Of a DNA stretch of 10,289 nucleotides, positions 1-6,086 are shown one piece after another (positions within the stretch are counted from its first letter, which is position 1; each line of letters starts with the position of its first letter). The notes below the pieces were generated by a model. It was not told the origin of the DNA. It did no database searches and was given only the letters and a program-made list of their open reading frames with translations. The DNA is from an uncultured Clostridium sp. (GTDB lineage Bacteria > Bacillota > Clostridia > TANB77 > CAG-508): assembly GCA_945949485.1 (NCBI GenBank), contig CAMFER010000042.1, positions 1 to 10,289 of the forward strand, read 5' to 3'. A program made the translations under genes and the position numbers.

Positions 1-46
1 ACTACGGACTTTCACCGATTAGCTAAACGACATGCCTGTCGCACTA
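1..46. other. Unassigned GC-rich fragment cut by the window edge; possibly the end of a structured RNA or the last codons of a CDS
   Basis: Bases 1-46 are visibly far more GC-rich than the surrounding DNA, as the tRNAs are. The minus-strand reading contains GGTGAAAGTCCG, which loosely resembles conserved cores of cobalamin riboswitch or RNase P/SRP-type RNAs. A plus-strand frame also reads ...TTDFHRLAKRHACRTIKRTL then a stop at 61-63. Too little sequence to decide. Confidence 0.15.
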
Positions 47-48
47 TA

Positions 49-78
49 AAAAGAACTCTTTAATAAAAGAGTTCTTTT
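49..78 (-). terminator. Rho-independent terminator downstream of the SDR gene; symmetric A/T flanks make it potentially bidirectional
   Basis: Perfect 13-bp inverted repeat, 49-61 AAAAGAACTCTTT pairing with 66-78 AAAGAGTTCTTTT, with a 4-nt loop. On the minus strand it runs into TTTTTAT. It overlaps the stop codon of the 77..808 CDS. Confidence 0.6.
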
Positions 79-808
79 ATGTTATTATCCAGCCACCATT
101 TATAGAAATTATTTGCCCTGTTGTATAATCATCTTCAACTAGCCATTCCACACATTTTGCAATATCTTTTACATTACCAATTCTTTCTAATGGTATTTCT
201 TCTTTTAAATTTTCTATATCTTCTTTTTTTAAATTATTATTTATCTTTGTATCTATAATTCCAGGTGCTATAGAATTTACTCTTATATTAGATGGTCCTA
301 ATTCTTTCGCTAAAGCTTTTGTTAATCCATCCATTCCTGCTTTAGATACAGAATAAAGAACTTCTAGAGATGCCCCTACTATTCCCCATGCTGATGAAAT
401 ATTTATAATGCACCCTTTTTTCTTTCTTATCATCTCTTTTGAAACTTCTTGAGACATTGCAAATGCAGAATATAGGTTTGTATTGATTACTCTTTTCCAG
501 TCTTCATCTGTTTCTTCTGTAAATAAATTGTATTCTGCTATTCCTGCATTGTTTATTAAAATATCAATTTTTTTAAATTTTTCAATTGTAAATTGAACTA
601 ATTTTTTAACATCTTCCCTTTTTGAGACATCTGCTTTGAAAATTTCTATATCTATATTTTCTTTCTTTAGTTCTTCTTTTAGTTCAATTGCATTATCTTC
701 CGATTTATTAAAATTTGCTACTACCTTTATTCCTTTTCTTGCTAGAGTTTTTGCAATTTCTCTTCCGATTCCTCTTGAAGCTCCTGTAATTATTGCTACT
801 TTTTCCAT
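77..808 (-). CDS. Short-chain dehydrogenase/reductase family oxidoreductase, FabG/YmfI-like (3-oxoacyl-ACP reductase-like)
   Basis: 243-aa ORF with classical SDR motifs: TGASRGIG cofactor-binding motif at the N-terminus, NNAG, and the catalytic S...YSVSKAG (Ser-Tyr-Lys). GGAGAG RBS upstream of the ATG. No other fab genes are nearby, so the exact substrate is not assigned. Confidence 0.85.
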   Translation of the reverse strand: MEKVAIITGASRGIGREIAKTLARKGIKVVANFNKSEDNAIELKEELKKENIDIEIFKADVSKREDVKKLVQFTIEKFKKIDILINNAGIAEYNLFTEETDEDWKRVINTNLYSAFAMSQEVSKEMIRKKKGCIINISSAWGIVGASLEVLYSVSKAGMDGLTKALAKELGPSNIRVNSIAPGIIDTKINNNLKKEDIENLKEEIPLERIGNVKDIAKCVEWLVEDDYTTGQIISINGGWIIT

Positions 809-882
809 CCTTATCTCTCCTACTTCTTAATAAAATAAAAAAGCCAATAATTAAGAGTTATCTCAAAACTAATGACCTTTAT

Positions 883-959
883 TGGAGCCACTTCCCAGAT
901 TCGAACTGGGGACCCTCGCATTACAAGTGCGATGCTCTGGCCAGCTGAGCTAAAGTGGC
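883..959 (-). tRNA. tRNA-Thr (anticodon UGU), CCA encoded
   Basis: The reverse complement GCCACTTTAGCTCAGCTGGCCAGAGCATCGCACTTGTAATGCGAGGGTCCCCAGTTCGAATCTGGGAAGTGGCTCCA folds by hand into a cloverleaf: 7-bp acceptor stem, anticodon stem TCGCA/TGCGA with loop CTTGTAA, and T-arm CCCAG-TTCGAAT-CTGGG. Confidence 0.9.
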
Positions 960-970
960 ATATATTAAAT

Positions 971-1045
971 TGGTGACCCGTACGGGAATCGAACCCATGT
1001 CTCCGCCGTGAAAGGGCGATGTCTTAACCGCTTGACCAACGGGCC
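971..1045 (-). tRNA. tRNA-Glu (anticodon UUC), CCA encoded
   Basis: The reverse complement GGCCCGTTGGTCAAGCGGTTAAGACATCGCCCTTTCACGGCGGAGACATGGGTTCGATTCCCGTACGGGTCACCA has acceptor GGCCCGT/ACGGGTC and anticodon loop CTTTCAC. It closely resembles Gram-positive tRNA-Glu as I recall it. Confidence 0.9.
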
Positions 1046-1053
1046 TTATATAC

Positions 1054-1087
1054 AAAGAACTAAATAATCAAAATTATTTAGTTCTTT
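1054..1087. other. Perfect 15-bp stem / 4-nt loop hairpin between tRNA-Lys and tRNA-Glu
   Basis: 1054-1068 AAAGAACTAAATAAT pairs perfectly with 1073-1087 ATTATTTAGTTCTTT around the loop CAAA. It starts 1 nt after the tRNA-Lys CCA and ends 8 nt before tRNA-Glu. The T-run lies on the plus-strand side, not the tRNA strand. Confidence 0.5.
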
Positions 1088-1088
1088 T

Positions 1089-1164
1089 TGGTGAGCTATC
1101 CGCGACTCGAACGCGGGACAACTTGATTAAAAGTCAAGTGCTCTACCACCTGAGCTAATAGCCC
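1089..1164 (-). tRNA. tRNA-Lys (anticodon UUU), CCA encoded
   Basis: The reverse complement GGGCTATTAGCTCAGGTGGTAGAGCACTTGACTTTTAATCAAGTTGTCCCGCGTTCGAGTCGCGGATAGCTCACCA has anticodon stem CTTGA/TCAAG with loop CTTTTAA and T-arm CGCGG/CCGCG. Confidence 0.9.
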
Positions 1165-1193
1165 ACATAATGTGACATTCACAATGCCTTTAT

Positions 1194-1222
1194 ATATTAC
1201 AATAAATTATTGCAAATGTCAA
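1194..1222 (-). promoter_or_regulatory. SigA-type promoter of the tRNA-Lys/Glu/Thr operon
   Basis: On the minus strand: -35 TTGACA (1222-1217), exactly 17-nt spacer, -10 TAATAT (1199-1194). An A-rich UP-like tract lies upstream. The predicted start is about 20-25 nt before the tRNA-Lys 5' end. Confidence 0.6.
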
Positions 1223-1267
1223 TACTTTTTTTATATTTTTTTTAAATTTTTGTTGTTTTTTGTGAAT

Positions 1268-1453
1268 TTATGCATTTAGCTTTTCAACAACTTCTTCTAC
1301 ATCGATTCCATGAACCCCACAAGCTTCCTCTAATGTTTCCATTTGTGATACTGGACATCCAATGCAATGCATTCCTACACTTAATAAAATTTCAGCTTTT
1401 TCAGGTGCTTTTTCTAGTATTTCACCTATTTTTGTATCTTTATTTATTTCCAT
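1268..1453 (-). CDS. DUF1858-type small protein (hybrid-cluster-protein-associated redox disulfide domain family)
   Basis: 61-aa ORF with the characteristic layout: N-terminal T.IGEIL, a central GMHCIGCP CxxC motif, then ETLEEAC..HGID. GGAGGA RBS 8 nt upstream of the ATG. Confidence 0.75.
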   Translation of the reverse strand: MEINKDTKIGEILEKAPEKAEILLSVGMHCIGCPVSQMETLEEACGVHGIDVEEVVEKLNA

Positions 1454-1511
1454 TATATTTCCTCCTTTTTTCTTTTACATAATAATTTTACCACATTTTC
1501 AAAAAAAAGTA

Positions 1512-1540
1512 TAGACAAATTTAAAATTTTATAGTATTAT
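1512..1540 (+). promoter_or_regulatory. Candidate SigA-type promoter for the T4SS-like operon
   Basis: -35 TAGACA (1512-1517), 17-nt spacer, -10 TATTAT (1535-1540). This is the best -35/-10 pair I could find in the 280-bp intergenic region. It implies a leader of about 180 nt. Confidence 0.35.
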
Positions 1541-1736
1541 ATTTTTCAATGTAAGGCGGTGATATTATTTCTAGACTTATCAATTTATATTTTATAACAT
1601 TTATTATTTATCTTTTTACAACTTTGTATACACTTTATTCATTTTTTTATTTCTATTTATTCCACAATAAACAAGGTAAAAAACTAAAAATTAAGAAAAA
1701 AGATTTTATTTAGGAGGTTTTAATCTGAAAATTAAA

Positions 1737-3461
1737 TTGTTTGTCTTTAAAATTTTATTTATCTTTTTGTTTTCATCAATAACTTTTTTTATATCTTTAA
1801 AAATATTTTATCCAATATATATATCAAATGAAATTATTATAACTTATGGTTTTCATCCATTTGATATTTGTTCAAAAAATCCAGATTTATGGAATCTTAT
1901 TAAAATCACTTATATTTTTACTTCTATTTTTTCATTTTTTGTATTTTATTCTTTAGTTTATACCAGTTTTTTAGAAAGTTTAATTTCTAGTATTTTTATA
2001 AAATCAAATAAAAATACAAAGTTAAAAGTAAATGATAAAAATCAAATAAATAAATCTAACCTTTATTTATTAATTGGATATGACAAAGAAAAACATCAAA
2101 AAATTTATATTCCAGAAAAAAGTTTATTTCAAAATATTCTTGTTACAGGAACCATTGGCTCTGGAAAAACGTCAAGTTCTATGTATCCTTTTACTAAACA
2201 ACTTATGGAATATAACTGTAATAATCCAACATCTAAAATTGGTATGTTAATATTAGATGTTAAAGGAAACTACTCTACACAAGTTTCTAAATTTGCTGAT
2301 GAACTTTCTTTATCAAAAGATTTAGTCATTATTAGTTTAAATTCAGATGTATATTATAACCCTTTACACAAACCACATCTAAAACCTCAAATATTAGCTA
2401 ATAGATTAAAAACTATTCTTTTATTGTTCTCTGAAAATAATTCTGAATCATATTGGATAGATAAAGCAGAAGAAATATTAACAGAATGTATTAAATTTTG
2501 TAGATTATATAATAATGGGTATGTTACTTTTGTAGAACTACATAAATTAATTACTATACCTAATTATTATCAAAAGAAATTAGAAATTTTAAAAAATATG
2601 TTTATTAATTCTAAATTTAATACAAGTCAAATTCATGATTTAAATTCATCTTTAGATTTTTTTGAAAAAGAATTTTCTACTCTTGATGCTAGAACAAAAG
2701 CAATTTTAATATCTGAAATTACGAGAATAACAAATGTTTTTGTTTCTGACTATGATGTTGTAAAAACTTTTTGCTCACCTATTGAAAAGCTTTCTTTTCA
2801 TGGTTTCGATGACATCATTTCAAAAGGAAAAATAGTTGTTTTGAATATGAATATTTCTGAATATAGTATTCTTTCAAGAATTATAGCTACATATTTAAAG
2901 CTTGATTTTCAGAGTGAAGTTATTTCTAATCTTTCTAAAAATATTTCAAAAACTTCTGCATTTATATGTGACGAATATGATAAGTTTGCTTCCAAAACTG
3001 ATTCTGAATTTTTTTCTATGAGTAGAGAAGCAAAATGTATAAATATAGTAAGCACTCAGAGTTATTCTTCTTTAAAAACGACTTTGAAAGATGATGCTTT
3101 TGTTAAAGTTACTATACAAAATTTAATTAATAAAATTTGGTATAGAACAGATGATGTTTATACTATCGAAGAAGTTCAAAAACAGATTGGAAAAGAAGAA
3201 AAAAGTAGAGTTTCTAAAAGTATATCTGAAAATGCAAAAGAAACTAGATTTAGTTATTTTACAAATTCTTTTAATTCAGAAAATTCAAATATTTCAGAAA
3301 GTTATAGTACTTATACTCAAAATGATTTTATTTATGAAAGTAACTTTTTCTCTCAAAATCTCGAAACATTCACCGCACTTACATTTCTTTCAGATGGAGA
3401 CAAAATTTTAAAACCTACAAAATTAAATATGTTACCATATTTTAAAAATACCAAACTATAA
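1737..3461 (+). CDS. VirD4/TraG/TrwB-family type IV coupling protein-like ATPase with two N-terminal TM helices
   Basis: 574-aa ORF. Two N-terminal hydrophobic helices. Walker A ILVTGTIGSGKTSS, Walker B AFICDEYDKF, and a downstream IVSTQSYSSL motif of the (Q-S...L) type seen in coupling proteins. S/N-rich low-complexity C-terminal tail. The listed start is TTG at 1737, but the AGGAGG at 1712-1717 is better spaced for in-frame CTG 1725, so the true start may be 12 nt upstream. Confidence 0.7.
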   Translation: MFVFKILFIFLFSSITFFISLKIFYPIYISNEIIITYGFHPFDICSKNPDLWNLIKITYIFTSIFSFFVFYSLVYTSFLESLISSIFIKSNKNTKLKVNDKNQINKSNLYLLIGYDKEKHQKIYIPEKSLFQNILVTGTIGSGKTSSSMYPFTKQLMEYNCNNPTSKIGMLILDVKGNYSTQVSKFADELSLSKDLVIISLNSDVYYNPLHKPHLKPQILANRLKTILLLFSENNSESYWIDKAEEILTECIKFCRLYNNGYVTFVELHKLITIPNYYQKKLEILKNMFINSKFNTSQIHDLNSSLDFFEKEFSTLDARTKAILISEITRITNVFVSDYDVVKTFCSPIEKLSFHGFDDIISKGKIVVLNMNISEYSILSRIIATYLKLDFQSEVISNLSKNISKTSAFICDEYDKFASKTDSEFFSMSREAKCINIVSTQSYSSLKTTLKDDAFVKVTIQNLINKIWYRTDDVYTIEEVQKQIGKEEKSRVSKSISENAKETRFSYFTNSFNSENSNISESYSTYTQNDFIYESNFFSQNLETFTALTFLSDGDKILKPTKLNMLPYFKNTKL

Positions 3462-3474
3462 AAGGAGTGATTTT

Positions 3475-3807
3475 TTGAAAAGAAAAAAATTATATTTACT
3501 TTTTATTTTTTATTTTTCTATTTCTTTTATCATATTTATTTACTCTCCTTCTTTTGCTTGGGGAGATCCAGAATTAGTATCTAAAATAAATTCTGCATTT
3601 GAATCTATTGAAGATTGGATATTAAAAATATCAACACCAGCTGCTGCAGTTGCCGTAGGCTCTGGAGTTTTTATGAAAAAATTCAGTTTTGGTGATGAAG
3701 AAAAAATTAGAACTGGTAAAAAACTTATAAAAGGTTCTTTATTTTCTTATGCTTTTATTCTTGCAATAGATTTAATTCTATCTGCTATAAAATCACTAGT
3801 CGGATAG
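3475..3807 (+). CDS. Secreted/membrane VirB2/TrbC-like (pilin-like) small protein
   Basis: 110-aa ORF with a TTG start 7 nt after AAGGAG. Lys-rich N-terminus plus hydrophobic core, with a likely signal peptidase site SFA/WG. The mature part has two hydrophobic helices (STPAAAVAVGSGVFM and GSLFSYAFILAIDLILSAI) separated by a charged loop, which is the VirB2/TrbC topology. Confidence 0.45.
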   Translation: MKRKKLYLLFIFYFSISFIIFIYSPSFAWGDPELVSKINSAFESIEDWILKISTPAAAVAVGSGVFMKKFSFGDEEKIRTGKKLIKGSLFSYAFILAIDLILSAIKSLVG

Positions 3808-3815
3808 GAGGTTAA

Positions 3816-4694
3816 ATGGAAAATCAAACTAATATTACTCAAATTATAATTGACACTATAAATACTATTTTTGAGACTCTTTTTAGTTCTATTGATAATA
3901 ATCTGTATAATATCTTAGATGATATTACTTTTATAAAATCTAATATCATATATGATAAAAATTTTGAAAACATTTTTGGTTCTTCTACATCAGATGGATT
4001 GCTTTTAATTGCTAATTCATTCTTACTTGGATTTCTACTTTATTATTCAATAAAATATTTACTTTCACATATTACTTATTCTCGTACAGAATCCCCCTTT
4101 AGTTTTCTAATCAAACTCATATTATGCGCTTTATGTATGAATTTTTCTTTTTCTATTCTTTCTTTTATATTAGATTTAAATTTTAATATAACTTCTGCAA
4201 TAAGAGGTATAGGACAACAATTATTTTCTAAAAATATTGGTTTCTCTGAGCTAATTAATGTTATAAATTCTAACATCAGTATTGATACTAATTCAATTAA
4301 TATCTTTTCTGTTGATGGATTAATAAAAGGTACTATATCTCTTTCTTTACTTAGCCTTGTCCTTTCTTATTCTTTTAGATATGTAATGATAAAACTTTTT
4401 ATCTTGCTATCCCCTTTTGCTTTTCTTTCTCTTTCACTAAGTAGTTCTTCTTGGTTCTTTAAAGCATGGGCAAAAAATCTTTTTTCTCTTCTTTTTATTC
4501 AAATTTTAGTTGCTTTAGTTCTTCTAATTCTATTTTCATTAGATTTTTCTTCTTCAAATTTAATTTCTAAATTTATATATATTGGCGGTTTATATGTTTT
4601 AATAAAAACAAATTCTTTTGTTAAAGAATTTATAGGTGGTGTTTCCACAACTATTTCACAAAATGTGAATAACTTTACAAAATTTAGATTTTAG
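3816..4694 (+). CDS. Polytopic membrane protein, VirB6/TrbL-like
   Basis: 292-aa ORF with about 6 predicted TM segments by eye. It sits after the VirB2-like gene and before the PrgI-like gene, as in Gram-positive conjugation modules. Its AGGAGG RBS overlaps the TAG stop of the upstream gene. Confidence 0.45.
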   Translation: MENQTNITQIIIDTINTIFETLFSSIDNNLYNILDDITFIKSNIIYDKNFENIFGSSTSDGLLLIANSFLLGFLLYYSIKYLLSHITYSRTESPFSFLIKLILCALCMNFSFSILSFILDLNFNITSAIRGIGQQLFSKNIGFSELINVINSNISIDTNSINIFSVDGLIKGTISLSLLSLVLSYSFRYVMIKLFILLSPFAFLSLSLSSSSWFFKAWAKNLFSLLFIQILVALVLLILFSLDFSSSNLISKFIYIGGLYVLIKTNSFVKEFIGGVSTTISQNVNNFTKFRF

Positions 4695-4702
4695 GAGGTT
4701 TT

Positions 4703-4999
4703 ATGAAATTTATTTTTCCACAAAATTATACTTTTAAAAATAAATTATTTGGAGTTTTAGATTATCAAACAATTTTTATTAATGTAATTTGGGACGTTTT
4801 TATTTTATTTATTATAAATTTAATATTTTCAGATATTACTTTTAAAGTTTTTCTTTTTATAATCCTTTGCTTTCCCCTTTTTTTATTTAGTTTTTCTGGT
4901 TTTAATGGTGAAAATATTGTGTATTTTTCTAAATATATGATTAGATTTTTGTTAAAACAAAAGCTATATCTTTATTCTAAAAAGAATATTTATAGATAA
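4703..4999 (+). CDS. Small two-TM membrane protein, PrgI/VirB3-like
   Basis: 98-aa ORF. The N-terminal FKNKLFGVLDYQTIF resembles the PrgI-family 'DKIFG-LT-RQ' region, followed by two hydrophobic helices. Its AGGAGG RBS overlaps the upstream TAG stop. It ends in a TAA TAA double stop. Confidence 0.4.
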   Translation: MKFIFPQNYTFKNKLFGVLDYQTIFINVIWDVFILFIINLIFSDITFKVFLFIILCFPLFLFSFSGFNGENIVYFSKYMIRFLLKQKLYLYSKKNIYR

Positions 5000-5032
5000 T
5001 AAAAAAATGTTTCTATATTTGTCATTTTTAAC

Positions 5033-5061
5033 TTGAATTTTTTGTCTAAAAAAGATATAAT
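5033..5061 (+). promoter_or_regulatory. SigA-type promoter of the dnaD-like/helicase-loader operon
   Basis: -35 TTGAAT (5033-5038), exactly 17-nt spacer, consensus -10 TATAAT (5056-5061). It lies about 38 nt upstream of the ATG at 5099, with a GGGAGAG RBS in between. Confidence 0.55.
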
Positions 5062-5098
5062 TTGTGTTACTAAGTTATTAATTATGGGAGAGATTTAA

Positions 5099-6076
5099 AT
5101 GAAGCTAGAACAAAATGAAAAACCACTTTTATTTTCTGAAACTTGTATTCCAGATATATTTTTTTCAGAACATCTTTCTGAAATACCAGGAGAATATTTA
5201 AAAATTTATTTATATATAATATTTTTATCTAAATATGGAAAAGATATTAAATTAAATGATTTATCTAAAAAACTTAATATTCCTTTAAAATCTATTAATG
5301 AAGGTCTTAAATTTTTAGAAGAACATTCTTTAATATTAAAAAAAACTTCTGGATATATATTAATAGACTTACAAGAACAAACTCTTCATAATTTATATAC
5401 TCCAAATTTAACTGAATCTAAAGAAAAAGTCCAACAAACAGCTAAAAATAAATCTAGAGCAAAAGCTATAGAGCATATAAATAATATGTATTTTCAAGGA
5501 ATTATGGGACCATCTTGGTATAATGATATTGATATTTGGTTTAGAAAATATGATTTTGATGAACAAGTTATGATAGCTCTTTTTGACTATTGCTATAAAA
5601 GAAGCGCTTTACATAGAAACTATATTCAAAAAGTTGCAGAAGCTTGGGCTTCAAATAAAATTAAAACATGGAATGACCTAGATATATATTATCAACAACA
5701 AGAATCTTTAAATAAAATTAAAAAGTCTATAGCCAAGAAACTTGGTAAATATAATGGTCTAACACAATATGAAGAAGCATATATAGAAAATTGGATTTTA
5801 AATTTTGGATATCAAATGAATATTATTGAAATTGCTTTAAAAAGAACAACACTAAAACAAAATTCAACATTTGAATATATAAATACTATCATAACTGATT
5901 GGCATGAAAGAAATTTAAAAACTCCTGAAGAAGTTCAAGCTTTCTTAGAACAACAAAAGAAACAACAAAAAAGTGCTAAACAACTTAAATCTAAGGTAAG
6001 CAAAGCAAATTATGAACAAAGAAAATATGAAAATTTAGATTTTCTTTATTCTAATAAATTAAATGATAACAACTAA
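5099..6076 (+). CDS. DnaD/DnaB(B. subtilis)-family replication initiation / replisome organizer protein
   Basis: 325-aa ORF. N-terminal winged-helix-like segment (YLKIYLYIIFLSKYGKDIKLNDLSKKLNIPLKSINEGLKFLEE). Two copies of the DnaD C-terminal (DDBH2) signature Y...I...W (YIQKVAEAWASNKI and YINTIITDWHERNL). Lys/Gln-rich tail. It sits immediately upstream of a helicase-loader gene, as in the dnaB-dnaI arrangement. Confidence 0.75.
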   Translation: MKLEQNEKPLLFSETCIPDIFFSEHLSEIPGEYLKIYLYIIFLSKYGKDIKLNDLSKKLNIPLKSINEGLKFLEEHSLILKKTSGYILIDLQEQTLHNLYTPNLTESKEKVQQTAKNKSRAKAIEHINNMYFQGIMGPSWYNDIDIWFRKYDFDEQVMIALFDYCYKRSALHRNYIQKVAEAWASNKIKTWNDLDIYYQQQESLNKIKKSIAKKLGKYNGLTQYEEAYIENWILNFGYQMNIIEIALKRTTLKQNSTFEYINTIITDWHERNLKTPEEVQAFLEQQKKQQKSAKQLKSKVSKANYEQRKYENLDFLYSNKLNDNN

Positions 6077-6086
6077 GGAGGTATAT

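Noticed and set aside
636-830. Short ORFs overlapping or antisense to real genes: 636..830 +, 1270..1482 +, 3151..3411 +, 4076..4276 -, 6371..6676 -
   Set aside because: Each lies wholly within or opposite a better-supported CDS. Their composition is the Phe/Leu/Ile-rich type typical of out-of-frame readings of AT-rich DNA, and none has a convincing RBS.
844-885. Possible terminator after tRNA-Thr: CCAATAA / TTATTGG 7-bp stem followed by CTTTTTTATTTT on the minus strand
   Set aside because: The stem is short and AT-rich with a 28-nt loop, and it overlaps the tRNA CCA end. It is too weak to call. The T-run alone may allow partial termination before the SDR gene.
883-1164. tRNA cluster as the attachment site of an integrated element carrying the T4SS-like genes
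   Set aside because: The T4SS-like genes lie on the 5' (promoter) side of the tRNA operon and are separated from it by another gene. I found no direct repeat of a tRNA 3' end elsewhere in the window, and no integrase is present.
1657-1666. DnaA-box-like TTATTCCACA in the intergenic region, considered as a possible oriC because gyrA and replication genes are nearby
   Set aside because: It is a single imperfect match to TTATCCACA. I saw no cluster of boxes, and no dnaA or dnaN is present in the window.
6063-6086. ATG at 6063 as the start of the helicase-loader ORF, as in the ORF track
   Set aside because: It overlaps the end of the DnaD-like gene and has no SD. The ATG at 6087 is preceded by AAGGAGG (6075-6081) at good spacing.
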